Assembly: GCA_040766655.1 (NCBI GenBank) | Contig: JAXGQB010000009.1 | Span: forward strand, 114,685-178,684 | DNA: 64,000 nt | Origin: Anaerolineae bacterium | Lineage (GTDB): Bacteria > Chloroflexota > Anaerolineae > CG2-30-64-16 | Direction of reading: 5' to 3' | Shown: positions 8,899-18,112 of the stretch, one piece after another | How the letters are laid out: the number at the start of each line of letters is the position of its first letter | Numbering within the stretch: position 1 is the stretch's first letter | Notes under the pieces: model-generated | What the model saw: the letters and a program-made list of their open reading frames with translations, nothing else | The model's database searches: none | Told to the model about the DNA's origin: nothing | Position numbers and translations under genes: made by a program

Positions 8899-11563
8899 CG
8901 AGAAGAATCAAGGGCAAATAGACGCGACCATGGCCCGTCGGCGTGTAAGTCGCCGTAGGCGACGACGTCGGCGTGTAAGTCGCCGTGGGCGACGACGTCG
9001 GCGTGTAAGTCGCCGTAGGCGACGACGTCGGCGTGGGCGTAGGCTCATCCAACGTATAGATTACGGTCAAGAGCGGGCGCCGGTCGATGGTCCCTCCCTC
9101 CGCGGAGGCAATAGACATTCCTGCCCACGCACGGCCGTAGAGCCCATCCAACATGTCCACCCGCAAGGTCAGGCCGCGGTTGGTCGCTGGATCTACCACC
9201 CAACCCCGGACGATCTCCGTCACGTCGAAACCGTAACGATCGGCGATCTGCGCCGAAGGATAGATCATGCGCAGATCGGCCAGCTGCCCCGCGCGGTCGA
9301 GCGGGACGTTGCCTGCACCGGGCTGGGCCCACAGGGTGCTTGCGTCCGCGTTCCGCCAGGTAGCCTCGCTCACCGTCCACGGTCGCACGATCGCATCGAC
9401 CGCCAGCGGCAGGGCCCTGGTCGGGTAGCCGGTGAAGGCAACGCTCAAGGTGGCAAATCGAATGCTGGCGTCCTCAGGCAGCGAGGACAGGTCATACCGC
9501 AGGAGCCCGACATGGTTCGGAGTGTCGCCGTTTACTCTCAGCGCCAGAGTTGAGGCGGAGGCGAAAGGCGTATCGGGATTCCATTCGCTGAGATACGTGT
9601 CCTCCGCCCCGGTGTAGCCTCCCACGCCCCGGCGCAGGTTCAGGACCTGCGTATTGGGAACCTGTCCCCCGGCGGTCAGCTTGAAGAGATAGCTGCCCTG
9701 CGGCACGATCACTTGGAGCTTGCCGTCGTTCGCGGTCGGGTACGTTTGCAGGAACGTGCCGTCGTCCTTACCGACGCGTTCGACCGCGTAGACACCGGTC
9801 GCCGGCAGGCCGATGCGTGTCAGGTCGAATGTCAGGATGACGTTCATGTTCTGCGGCGCGGGCACACCCAGGTCGGACGGATCGCCGCTCTGCGGCTTCA
9901 TGTTCTCGACCGCGGCCTCGATGGTGCGATCCACGCGGCTGTACCGGGCGCCTGACACACCCAGCCAGTGCGCCTCGCTCAACGCAACCTCCGACATCTG
10001 CGCGCTGATCCAGAAGTGCGACCAGGGTTCCTCACCGGGCTTGGGCGCGCCGGCCCAGTCCACCGCGAAGTTAAGTTCCTCAGGCGCTTCGCCCGACTGC
10101 CGGCTGAACTGCGATAGCCAGGTGAGCTGAGTCTCGGCAAACCCGGCGCCGTCGATGCGGTCGTTGTGGACACCGGGGAAGTAGGTGCGCTCGACGTGAT
10201 CCGGGTTCGTCAGGAGTACACGGCGGTATAGATCCTGCGCGTGCCGCGGCAGCACCGTGACATCGCTCTCCGGATGCAGAATCCACAAGGGCAGGTGCTG
10301 ATAGTTGGCCGCCCACCGCACGGGCGAGCGGCGCTCGTACTCGAAGGGGTAGTCCGCAGGAACGCGCTGCTGAGCAGGCGAGTGATTGGGCTGGCTGTAG
10401 GTTCCGGTCTCGGTGCGGATGGCGTAGTTGACAGAGGTGTTCGGCGTCGCGCCAAGATCCGCAGGATCGGAGTTGGTCTCATCTTCCCAGGCGATCAGGT
10501 CGGTCGGGCTGCTGTCCGCAACGACCGCTGCGAACCTGTCCGTCCATCGCGCTCCGGCCAGCAGGGCGGTCATGCCGCCCATCGAGTGGCCGACCAGGTA
10601 GATGCGCGTGGGATCGACGTTGTAGTTGGCCTGCATGTAGTTCAGAATATCAAGAATATCCCATTGTGACGCACGTGATCCAAACGTGCGCTTGCCGATC
10701 CCCGGCTCCGGCAGGCCTGTGGCATAGTCGGGCACGTAGAAGGGATTCCAGACCTCGCCATGGAAGTCGGCCGACGCCATCAGCCAGCCGCGCGCCGCTG
10801 CCGCATGGTGATAGTCGAACATCACATCGACCCCGTCACTGCCAAAGCCATGCGCTGCAATCAGAAGCGGCGCCGGTGTATCGCCGCGATAGTCCGGCGG
10901 CACCATGATGTGCGTCCACGTCCCCTCGTCCTGATAACTGCTCCAGTTGTTGAAGTAGGTGCTGGGAATGGTTACTTGCGTGTAATGGCGCCCGTCCACC
11001 CCGATGCCGGTCACCTCAATCTGCGCGCGGCTGATGCCCCAACTGCTATCGTCTGTGAGGCTCGGATCGATCTCGATGCGTAGGGTGTTGAAGGCGTGGT
11101 TGCGGAGGATCGATGGATCGCCAATCGGCCAGCTGAACGGTTCCCGCCCTTTGAAGCCACGGCACTGAGTCTCCGTATTGTGCTGTCCTGTCGCATTGCC
11201 GATCAGCACGCCGTTGACTTTGATGAGGTGGCCCTTGATGCTGTTCGCATTGAACTCGTACCCCACCAGGCGGGCCGCTGTGATCGTCCCGGTCCAGGAG
11301 AGGTAGACATCCCGTTCGTAAACATTGGGCGACGTACTCTGGCCGAGGTATGCGCTGCCCACCTGGAGGCAGGGGACTACCGATGAGGTCGCTGAGTTAA
11401 CTGCATACTGCCCAGCCGGCGTGGCGACGGCAGCGCGCGGTGCAAGCGCAAAGAGCCATAGCAACACAAACAGCCAGCCGGCACTGAGGTGGCGGCTGGC
11501 GCGAATGCGATGGGGAGCATGCAGTGGCTTACGCAGCAATCGTGGCGTCGAACCAACGGTCAT
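8891..11563 (-). CDS. Secreted multidomain alpha/beta-hydrolase (GHSMGG nucleophile elbow) with N-terminal beta-sandwich and C-terminal DNRLRE-like domain, PT-rich repeats and hydrophobic tail
   Basis: 890 aa. Signal peptide (WLFVLLWLFALAPRAAVA) and serine-hydrolase motif IYLVGHSMGGMTALLAG. The C-terminal region (LLRYDLSSLPEDASIRFATLSVAF...RPWTVSEATW) resembles the DNRLRE-type carbohydrate-associated domain. The protein ends TPTSSPTATYTP x3 ...GHGRVYLPLILLGE. Confidence 0.75.
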   Translation of the reverse strand: MTVGSTPRLLRKPLHAPHRIRASRHLSAGWLFVLLWLFALAPRAAVATPAGQYAVNSATSSVVPCLQVGSAYLGQSTSPNVYERDVYLSWTGTITAARLVGYEFNANSIKGHLIKVNGVLIGNATGQHNTETQCRGFKGREPFSWPIGDPSILRNHAFNTLRIEIDPSLTDDSSWGISRAQIEVTGIGVDGRHYTQVTIPSTYFNNWSSYQDEGTWTHIMVPPDYRGDTPAPLLIAAHGFGSDGVDVMFDYHHAAAARGWLMASADFHGEVWNPFYVPDYATGLPEPGIGKRTFGSRASQWDILDILNYMQANYNVDPTRIYLVGHSMGGMTALLAGARWTDRFAAVVADSSPTDLIAWEDETNSDPADLGATPNTSVNYAIRTETGTYSQPNHSPAQQRVPADYPFEYERRSPVRWAANYQHLPLWILHPESDVTVLPRHAQDLYRRVLLTNPDHVERTYFPGVHNDRIDGAGFAETQLTWLSQFSRQSGEAPEELNFAVDWAGAPKPGEEPWSHFWISAQMSEVALSEAHWLGVSGARYSRVDRTIEAAVENMKPQSGDPSDLGVPAPQNMNVILTFDLTRIGLPATGVYAVERVGKDDGTFLQTYPTANDGKLQVIVPQGSYLFKLTAGGQVPNTQVLNLRRGVGGYTGAEDTYLSEWNPDTPFASASTLALRVNGDTPNHVGLLRYDLSSLPEDASIRFATLSVAFTGYPTRALPLAVDAIVRPWTVSEATWRNADASTLWAQPGAGNVPLDRAGQLADLRMIYPSAQIADRYGFDVTEIVRGWVVDPATNRGLTLRVDMLDGLYGRAWAGMSIASAEGGTIDRRPLLTVIYTLDEPTPTPTSSPTATYTPTSSPTATYTPTSSPTATYTPTGHGRVYLPLILLGE
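8937..9043. repeat. 30-bp near-perfect tandem repeat x3.5 (gtcggcgtgtaagtcgccgt[a/g]ggcgacgac), encodes TSSPTATYTP x3 of the hydrolase C-terminus
   Basis: Copies at 8937-8966, 8967-8996 and 8997-9026, then a partial copy. A single substitution distinguishes the copies. Confidence 0.85.
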
Positions 11564-11729
11564 ATCGGGTGTCTCAACCGAGCCCTGGTCTCTGAGGCTA
11601 TCGTGAGAGTTGAAATATCAATATACCACAGAGGCATACCGCGACCAAATCAACCCAGTTGTTCAGGGTTTATGGGGGCGGTCAATCCTGGAGAAGGATA
11701 GGTTGCGGGCATGAATGAGGGATGAACAG

Positions 11730-11773
11730 CCGCCGGGGGAGATGTGAAGCTTCTTTCACATCTCCCCCGGCGG
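11730..11773 (-). terminator. GC-rich hairpin (19-bp perfect stem ccgccgggggagatgtgaa/ttcacatctcccccggcgg, 6-nt loop) 50 nt downstream of the BNR gene stop
   Basis: Perfect inverted repeat read directly. There is no clean U-tract, so it is a terminator or RNA-stability element. Confidence 0.4.
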
Positions 11774-11824
11774 ATCATGAACCGAGAGGTTGCCAGCCGC
11801 AGCTGGCTGCCGGCCGACGGCGGC

Positions 11825-13501
11825 TTAGCGCAACAGCAGCGGCAAGAACAGGAATCTTGTCGTCGGAGTCGGCGTCGGCTCCAACTGATACGGCACATCG
11901 AGGGTTACATCCTCGCCGGCAGTGGCCGAGAAGGCGATTTCATCCCCAGCAGGAACATATCCGGCCGGCCCGGCCATGTGGGCCAGCGCGTAAGTGCCGG
12001 GCTCCACCGACGTAAAGGCGTACACGCCATCGTCTCCTGACTCAGTGACGTAGACCGAGACGTCGTTCTGGCGGAGCGCGAGGGAGGCGCCCTTAAGCCC
12101 ATCTTCGCCCGAGTCCCGCACACCATCCTCATCCTCGTCATGGAAGACGACGCCCTGAACCGCGGCCAATGCGGGTGTTGCGCTGGGCGTCGGACTCGGC
12201 GTCTCCGTGGAGGTTGGGGTCGGACTCGGCGTCGCGGTGCCCGTCGGCGTCGGACTCGGCGTCTCCGTCGGTGTTTCCGTGCTGGTCGGCGTCGCAGTCG
12301 GCGACACGGTCCCAGTCGTCGGTGTGCTGGAAGGCGTGGGTGTCACTTCGTCGCCCATCGTACCGTGCCAGATATTGCCTTCCCAGTCGACCGCGTAGAC
12401 ATCGTTCATCGAGAAGACCCACAGATCCGTCAGACCTGGATTCTTGCCGGACTCCAGCACGGGCGCGGGCACAGGGCTCCAGTTGTGTCCATCGGTGGTC
12501 ATGAAGACGATCCCAGGGGTCGTGCACTTCTCATCGTCGAACGCCACCGTGTCACAGCCGACCGCATACCCATGCTCGTTGTCCACCATCTGGACGTCCC
12601 ACAGGTGGCCCTTCTTCGGCATGTCGGGTATCGAGGGGCGAATCCACGTCTTGCCGCCATCCTCTGTGTAGAGCATCGGGTTGAACGGTGACGAGGCTCC
12701 ATCATCCACACGATGGCCCACCATCCAACAGGTGTTAGCATCGGTGCAGCTCATGCCATAGAATCGGCCCGAGTTGGCGGTCCCCACCGGCATCCGGGTC
12801 CAGGTGCGCCCGTAGTTGGTCGACCTGTACATCTGGTTCTTAGCGGCACTGTTGCAGACGCCCCCGGGCAGGCATTCGATGTCCCATTGTACGAGCGTCA
12901 GGCCGACGACGATCTTTGTGAAGCTGGTTCCGTTGATGGAACGCAGGAAGTTGGCATTCAGAGCGGTGTCTACCGCGTAGCCAGTCGTACCCACCAGCAC
13001 GGCCAGTTGGTCCCGGGCCACCTCGGTGGACCAGAAGAAACCGCCGTATCCGGGATTGGGCAGCTGGGTCCACGTCGTGCCGCCATCCGCCGTGGCCCAA
13101 ATCTGGTTCGTGCCGGCCACCCAGCACTGCAGAGCATCCTTGCACGCGATGCCCATCATGTAGTGGCGGGATCCGGGAATCTTCTGCGTGACCCAAGTCA
13201 GGCCGCCGTCGGTCGTCTTGGCAAAACTGGACGGTCCCGTGGCCTTGTCCCAATGATCCCCGCCCACTGCGTAGCCGATCTTATCATCGACGAACGTGAG
13301 CCGGTTCCAGCGAACGCCCTGCGCGCTGTGCACTTTCGTCCATTGCAGCACGTCTTCCGATTGGCTGACAGATGAGGCCACGCTCACGGGGCTGGCTGTC
13401 AGAACCGTCGAAACGGCAAGCAGCACGGCAAGAAGCGCTCCGACGAATAGTAACCGTCGGGGGCCGCCCGCGTGATGAGTCGTTTCATGTCTCATGGTCA
13501 A
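11825..13501 (-). CDS. Secreted BNR/Ycf48-like beta-propeller protein with PT-linker, SdrD-B/Cna-B-like domain and PT + hydrophobic C-terminal tail
   Basis: 558 aa. Signal peptide. Repeated [ST]xDGGxTW motifs (TTDGGLTW, ATADGGTTW, STNYGRTW, YTEDGGKTW). PT-rich linker TPTPSSTPTTGTVSPTATPTSTETPTETPSPTPTGTATPSPTPTSTETPSPTPSATP. SdrD-B-like segment VVFHDEDEDGVRDSGEDGL...GTYAL. Ends EPTPTPTTRFLFLPLLLR. Confidence 0.75.
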   Translation of the reverse strand: MTMRHETTHHAGGPRRLLFVGALLAVLLAVSTVLTASPVSVASSVSQSEDVLQWTKVHSAQGVRWNRLTFVDDKIGYAVGGDHWDKATGPSSFAKTTDGGLTWVTQKIPGSRHYMMGIACKDALQCWVAGTNQIWATADGGTTWTQLPNPGYGGFFWSTEVARDQLAVLVGTTGYAVDTALNANFLRSINGTSFTKIVVGLTLVQWDIECLPGGVCNSAAKNQMYRSTNYGRTWTRMPVGTANSGRFYGMSCTDANTCWMVGHRVDDGASSPFNPMLYTEDGGKTWIRPSIPDMPKKGHLWDVQMVDNEHGYAVGCDTVAFDDEKCTTPGIVFMTTDGHNWSPVPAPVLESGKNPGLTDLWVFSMNDVYAVDWEGNIWHGTMGDEVTPTPSSTPTTGTVSPTATPTSTETPTETPSPTPTGTATPSPTPTSTETPSPTPSATPALAAVQGVVFHDEDEDGVRDSGEDGLKGASLALRQNDVSVYVTESGDDGVYAFTSVEPGTYALAHMAGPAGYVPAGDEIAFSATAGEDVTLDVPYQLEPTPTPTTRFLFLPLLLR

Positions 13502-13551
13502 TTAACTCCTAGGTTGTAGTGTGGTGTTTGCTGAGGCATCGATGCCACATA

Positions 13552-14250
13552 TCAGGCGCGTTGCCCCATCACCTTTGCGGGCACCCCCGCGACGATTGCG
13601 CCCGCAGGGACGCTGTGCGTGACGACCGCACCTGCACCCACGACCGCACCCGCGCCGATGGTCACGCCATCCAGGACGATGACGCCATATCCGAGCCAGG
13701 CGCCATCCCCGATCACGATGTCACCGCTGCTGTGCAGCGGCTGGCGAGTGATCGGCTGGCCAGCCGCGATGCCGTGCTCGTATGGATAGAAGGCACAGGC
13801 CGGCGCGATCTGCACCTCACGGCCGATTCGAATGCTGCCCACCCACGCAACCAACTGGCAGTAGGACTGAATGTGGGTGTGTGCGCCGATCTCGACGCAG
13901 CCGCCCTGGCCTGCCTCCACGATCGTGCCGCGATAGAGGTGAGCGCTGTCGCCCAGGCTGACATGCCGGCCGCCACTGCGGTTGTAGATGACAACGTCGT
14001 CGTCGACGAAGCAGTGCGCGCCCAGGCGCAAGTCGTTGCATACGATGTCGGCCTCGGGCGAGACAAAACCATGCACACTGCGTTGAGCGAGCAGACGCCG
14101 ACCCCTGAACCGCGGCACGGCCCAGGTTGCCAGCCGGGTCGCCAGACGTCCCCCGCGCCCCAGGCCGGCGCGCGCCATCCAGAAGTTGATCCAAAGATCA
14201 CGCGGCGCCCGCATGAAGCACTCCTCCATACCAGGCCACTGCCTCGGCAA
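13552..14250 (-). CDS. Left-handed beta-helix (hexapeptide-repeat) sugar O-acyltransferase
   Basis: C-terminal hexapeptide repeats IVIGDGAWLGYGVIVLDGVTIGAGAVVGAGAVV...VPAGAIVAGVPAKVMG. The real start may be M8/M13 (14229/14214). It overlaps the rSAM::SDR gene end by 17-53 nt. Confidence 0.8.
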   Translation of the reverse strand: MPRQWPGMEECFMRAPRDLWINFWMARAGLGRGGRLATRLATWAVPRFRGRRLLAQRSVHGFVSPEADIVCNDLRLGAHCFVDDDVVIYNRSGGRHVSLGDSAHLYRGTIVEAGQGGCVEIGAHTHIQSYCQLVAWVGSIRIGREVQIAPACAFYPYEHGIAAGQPITRQPLHSSGDIVIGDGAWLGYGVIVLDGVTIGAGAVVGAGAVVTHSVPAGAIVAGVPAKVMGQRA

Positions 14251-16486
14251 ATGCGGCTCGCAGGTCCGATTGGGGCATGCCCAGCTCGGCGATTGCCCGG
14301 CCAGGATCGGCCGTCAACGCCGCGGGCGAACCACTGAACTTCGGAGCATCGCTTGCCCGTAGTACCGGCCTCCCCGCGACGTCGGCTACCAGGGCCAAGA
14401 ATGTCGCCCGGTCCAGATTGCCTTCGCGATGGCCCAGGATGTAGATGGCGCTGGGCCGGCCACGCTCTGCCGCAAGCAAGATGCCCGCTGCGATGTCGCG
14501 CACGGGCGCGAAGTTGATGCCTCCGGGCGGATAAGCCATCACCTCGCCGCTCAGTGCTGCCAGGATGCGCCTGCCAGTCGCGCTCGGCTTTGCATCGCCT
14601 GCGCCCACCGGCGCGGTCGGCTTGACGATCACGACCTCCAGGCCATCTCCCTGCCAGCTTAGTGCTACCAGCTCGCCCAGCAGCTTCGACCGGACGTAGC
14701 CGCTCGCCTGTTCCCATCCCCCGAACGGCGTGTCTTCGTCAGGCAGCGATCTCCCATCGGGAGGCCGCCCCACCGTACCGATCGTGCTGGTATGAACCAC
14801 GCGGCGAACGCTGTAACGAGCACACGCAGCGAGCAGCCGGTCCGTCCCCCGCACGTTCACATCATACAGGGCATCCGGCCCACCGGACGTCGAATATAGC
14901 GCAGCAAGATGAAAACAAGATGTACATCCGTCGAGCGCAGATTGCCAGCCTTCAGACTGGCAAAGGTCACCCCGCAGGATGTCCACGCGCAGTTCACCCA
15001 AGACACCCAGTTCGCTCTCCGGCCGTACGAGTGCTACCACCGAGGCGCCCGCGTCGACCAGCGCGCGGGCAACGTAGCCGCCCAGGAAACCGTTGCCGCC
15101 GGTGACGAAGACACGCTGACCGCGCAGAGGAGCAACCACCGGGAGCGCCGTCGCGCCGGGCGCGGCGGGTGCCGAAGTAGCTAACGGCCGCGCCGCCGGA
15201 CGGATACGGTGCACGAGCGCCGCGACACGTTCACGCCAATGCCAGGCCGGCGGCCGGACGACGTCTTCCAGCTGCCGCAGGATCTGTGGGGTGGCCCGTG
15301 GACCTTGCGGCTCCAGATCGACGCCGGGATGCGCCTCGTAAGTCTTGGCTCGCACGGCCGTCCGCCGCGGCAGGCGCTGCAGGACGCGCCGGGTCAGTTC
15401 CAGTGAGCCGCGGGCCTGCCCGGGCAGGCCTGCCATGACGAAGACCTGGCACGCCATGCCCAGCCGCTCGCACGTCCGGGCCACCCGCACGACCTCGGCC
15501 GTGTATTCCGCTGCACCGGCCTGCGATAGCCTGCCCAGCCGCAGAAGGAGTTCTCCATCGCCACTTTCAAATCCGATCTTGACGGTGGTGCAGCCGGCTG
15601 CAGCCAGCAATCGGAGCAGGTCGTCGGTGAATTGCTCGGGCCGAGACTCGCAGGCAAACCGCGGCCGCAGGCCACGGGCCAGGATGCCCTCGCAGATGGC
15701 GGCAACCCGCGCCGGGTCGTGTGCGAAGACTGGATCGCGGACCTGGATGCGGGCGTTGCCGGTCGTCTCACACGTCCACGCCAGTTCCTCGACCGTGCGC
15801 GCCGCGCTCTGGGCCCGAAATCGCTTCCCCTGCGGCACAACGTAGGCGCACCAGGCGCAGCCGGCCGGACAGCCGCGGGCGCTGAGCAGCGAGGCCGCGC
15901 CGTATGGCCGCCAATCGACCAGCGACCACTGCGGCATGGGGAGTGCGTCGAGATCGCCGACCAGGTTGCCGTCGTCGTAGCGAGCCGGTGCAAGGTCGCG
16001 GGCGAGTAGCACGCCGCGGCGGCCGACCATCACGGCCGAAGCTGCGTCGGCCAGCGCTGCCTCCGGCTCTCCGATCAACGCAGCGTGAGCCAGCCCCTCG
16101 GCCAGCAGGGGCTCGGCCACGAACGCGGCCGAGGGGCCGAGCAACAGGATGGGCCGCTCGCAGCCGGCGTCTCGCAGACGCCGCAGGAAGTGTCCGTCGG
16201 CCAGTCGCGTGCCGTGGCTCACCAGGACCGCCACGAGGCCCGGACTCCGCTCGACGATCCACTGGCTGGCTGCGTGCGGGTTCAGCCTGGCTCCGACCGC
16301 GTCCATCACAGCCACGCGCTGCCCTGACTGTTGCGCGGCTGCGGCACAGAGGGCGACCGTGTGGGGCGCGTACAGGAAGACGTGCTTGCCTGCGGTGAGC
16401 GCGCCCATGCCGGACGTCGCCTCGTGATGCGAGACGATCGTGCCCAGGCTGGGCGGGACCACGAGGCACAGATCAGGAGCCGTCAT
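14198..16486 (-). CDS. Fusion protein: B12-binding-like/radical SAM domain (CxxxCxxC) + NAD(P)-dependent epimerase/dehydratase (SDR) domain
   Basis: 762 aa in a single frame. The N-terminal Rossmann-like domain is followed by the rSAM cluster motif RGCPAGCAWCAY. An Ala/Pro linker (PAARPLATSAPAAPGATALPVVAP) follows. The SDR domain has GxxGxxG (VFVTGGNGFLGGYVARAL) and a YxxxK catalytic dyad (YVRSK). Confidence 0.8.
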   Translation of the reverse strand: MTAPDLCLVVPPSLGTIVSHHEATSGMGALTAGKHVFLYAPHTVALCAAAAQQSGQRVAVMDAVGARLNPHAASQWIVERSPGLVAVLVSHGTRLADGHFLRRLRDAGCERPILLLGPSAAFVAEPLLAEGLAHAALIGEPEAALADAASAVMVGRRGVLLARDLAPARYDDGNLVGDLDALPMPQWSLVDWRPYGAASLLSARGCPAGCAWCAYVVPQGKRFRAQSAARTVEELAWTCETTGNARIQVRDPVFAHDPARVAAICEGILARGLRPRFACESRPEQFTDDLLRLLAAAGCTTVKIGFESGDGELLLRLGRLSQAGAAEYTAEVVRVARTCERLGMACQVFVMAGLPGQARGSLELTRRVLQRLPRRTAVRAKTYEAHPGVDLEPQGPRATPQILRQLEDVVRPPAWHWRERVAALVHRIRPAARPLATSAPAAPGATALPVVAPLRGQRVFVTGGNGFLGGYVARALVDAGASVVALVRPESELGVLGELRVDILRGDLCQSEGWQSALDGCTSCFHLAALYSTSGGPDALYDVNVRGTDRLLAACARYSVRRVVHTSTIGTVGRPPDGRSLPDEDTPFGGWEQASGYVRSKLLGELVALSWQGDGLEVVIVKPTAPVGAGDAKPSATGRRILAALSGEVMAYPPGGINFAPVRDIAAGILLAAERGRPSAIYILGHREGNLDRATFLALVADVAGRPVLRASDAPKFSGSPAALTADPGRAIAELGMPQSDLRAAFAEAVAWYGGVLHAGAA

Positions 16487-16498
16487 GCTACGAAAGCC

Positions 16499-18112
16499 TC
16501 AACCGTTGATCCGGTACACCACTGTCGCGGCGCCATTGGTAAAGGTCCTCAGATAGGTCACCTCGGCAGGAGCCGTCTCGGGTTGCAGCAGAAAACTGAA
16601 TTGGGGGCGGAACCTGGTCACTTCGTTCTCGTCGACCACCAGGTAGCGCGCGCCGTGTGCCCGCCCGTACGCCAGCAGCTCCTCCCAGGTCGCGTTGGGG
16701 CTGGTGACCGACTGACGATGCGCGTACAGTCCGACCTCGGTGCTGCGCGTCATGATGACGTCGTCTGTCGCGCTGATCGATTCGAGCCAGCGGCCGGCCT
16801 CCTTGTGGCTCCACGACATGTGCGCCAGGCCGGCCTGAAGCTGCAACAGCCCCAGCCAGAGGCAGAAGGTGAGCGTCAGCGCGACGGGCAGCGCACCAGC
16901 GGCGGTCCTGAGCCAACCGGCCAACCGCGGCCTGAGCGCTCCCAGCGATTGGGCCACCCATGAGGAAAGATGCACCAGCCCTCCTGCGGCCCAAATCAGC
17001 CCGATGGGCAGCGCGGCGATCAGAAACCGGTCGATGACAAAGTAGACCCAGAAACTGGTCATGGGCAGCAGCGTCGCCACTAGTAACCCTTCCTGCCACC
17101 AGCGGCGCCGATCCCACGGCCGGGCAAAAAGCCCAACGGCGGCCAGGGCCACGATCCACGGCGTGAAGAGCGTCTGGTGGAACAGCGCATCCCAAGTGGC
17201 GGACATGTTCTTGCGCACGTAGAAGAAGAAGCGCCGCGGGTTGTCGAGCACGTAAGCGCTAAACTTCCGCTCAAAGCGCTCCGGCGAAAACCACATCACC
17301 TCGCGGCCCGTGGAATCGAGGCGCGAGACCGCCAGATCGTGCGCGGCCTGGTCGTCTGCAATATACGCAGGTGCGATGTCGAGTATGATTCCCGTCTTGC
17401 CGCTGAGCATCCATGCACCGCTGGTGCGGTGGAGGAAGAGCACGTAGGGGCTCATCACTGCGAGGCAGACTACAACCGCAAGGGAGAGCCGCACGAAGGT
17501 GGTCAGGCGCCAGAAGCTGCGATGCGCCAGGTGCCACACCACCATGAAGAGGCCCAGCGCGGCGAAGGAGACCAGGCCCTCCGGCCGGGTCAGGTAAGCC
17601 AGGCCGAGACACAGGCCGACCGCGGCGTACCACATGACCCTGCCGCTCTGCAGCGACCGGTGAACCGCCCACACGCCCGCAAAAACGGCCAGCAGGAACG
17701 GCGACTCGGTCATCGTGCCCCAAAGGAACGGCTGCGCCGCAAGCGCCGGATACACCGCCACGAGCAAAGCTGCCACGAGGCCTGCACGGCTGCCGTAGAG
17801 CGCCCGCGCCAGCAGGTACACGGGGATGCACAGCAACGCACCGGTGACGATGTGGATCGTGGACGTCGCCCATTCGGGGGTGAAGCCCACCTTAATCAAC
17901 GCCGCAGAGAGGAGCGGCAGGACGGGCGGCAGATGCATGTCGGTCATGCCCGCGCGCGAGGTATAGCCCAGTCCCTCGACCAGGTTGCGCGCGATCAACA
18001 GGTGTCCCGCCTCGTCCCAGCGCACCAGGCGGGGCAAGGTAGCGTAGATCAGGCGAAGTACCGCCGCCATCAGCACCGTCACCGCAAGAGCCAGTCGTTC
18101 ATGCCGCCCCAT
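16499..18112 (-). CDS. Glycosyltransferase family 39 / ArnT-PMT-like GT-C membrane glycosyltransferase
   Basis: 537 aa, polytopic. It has the first-loop DE motif (RWDEAGHLLIARN) typical of GT39/GT83 enzymes that use polyprenyl-phosphate-sugar donors. Confidence 0.8.
   Translation of the reverse strand: MGRHERLALAVTVLMAAVLRLIYATLPRLVRWDEAGHLLIARNLVEGLGYTSRAGMTDMHLPPVLPLLSAALIKVGFTPEWATSTIHIVTGALLCIPVYLLARALYGSRAGLVAALLVAVYPALAAQPFLWGTMTESPFLLAVFAGVWAVHRSLQSGRVMWYAAVGLCLGLAYLTRPEGLVSFAALGLFMVVWHLAHRSFWRLTTFVRLSLAVVVCLAVMSPYVLFLHRTSGAWMLSGKTGIILDIAPAYIADDQAAHDLAVSRLDSTGREVMWFSPERFERKFSAYVLDNPRRFFFYVRKNMSATWDALFHQTLFTPWIVALAAVGLFARPWDRRRWWQEGLLVATLLPMTSFWVYFVIDRFLIAALPIGLIWAAGGLVHLSSWVAQSLGALRPRLAGWLRTAAGALPVALTLTFCLWLGLLQLQAGLAHMSWSHKEAGRWLESISATDDVIMTRSTEVGLYAHRQSVTSPNATWEELLAYGRAHGARYLVVDENEVTRFRPQFSFLLQPETAPAEVTYLRTFTNGAATVVYRING

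Noticed and set aside
8937-9043. CRISPR array
   Set aside because: The repeats are contiguous with no spacers and lie in-frame inside coding sequence (PT-linker). The same holds for 53160-53267.
14198-16486. Hopanoid HpnJ/HpnA-type assignment for the rSAM::SDR fusion
   Set aside because: No squalene-hopene cyclase, HpnH or other hopanoid genes are in the neighbourhood. The context is glycan assembly.
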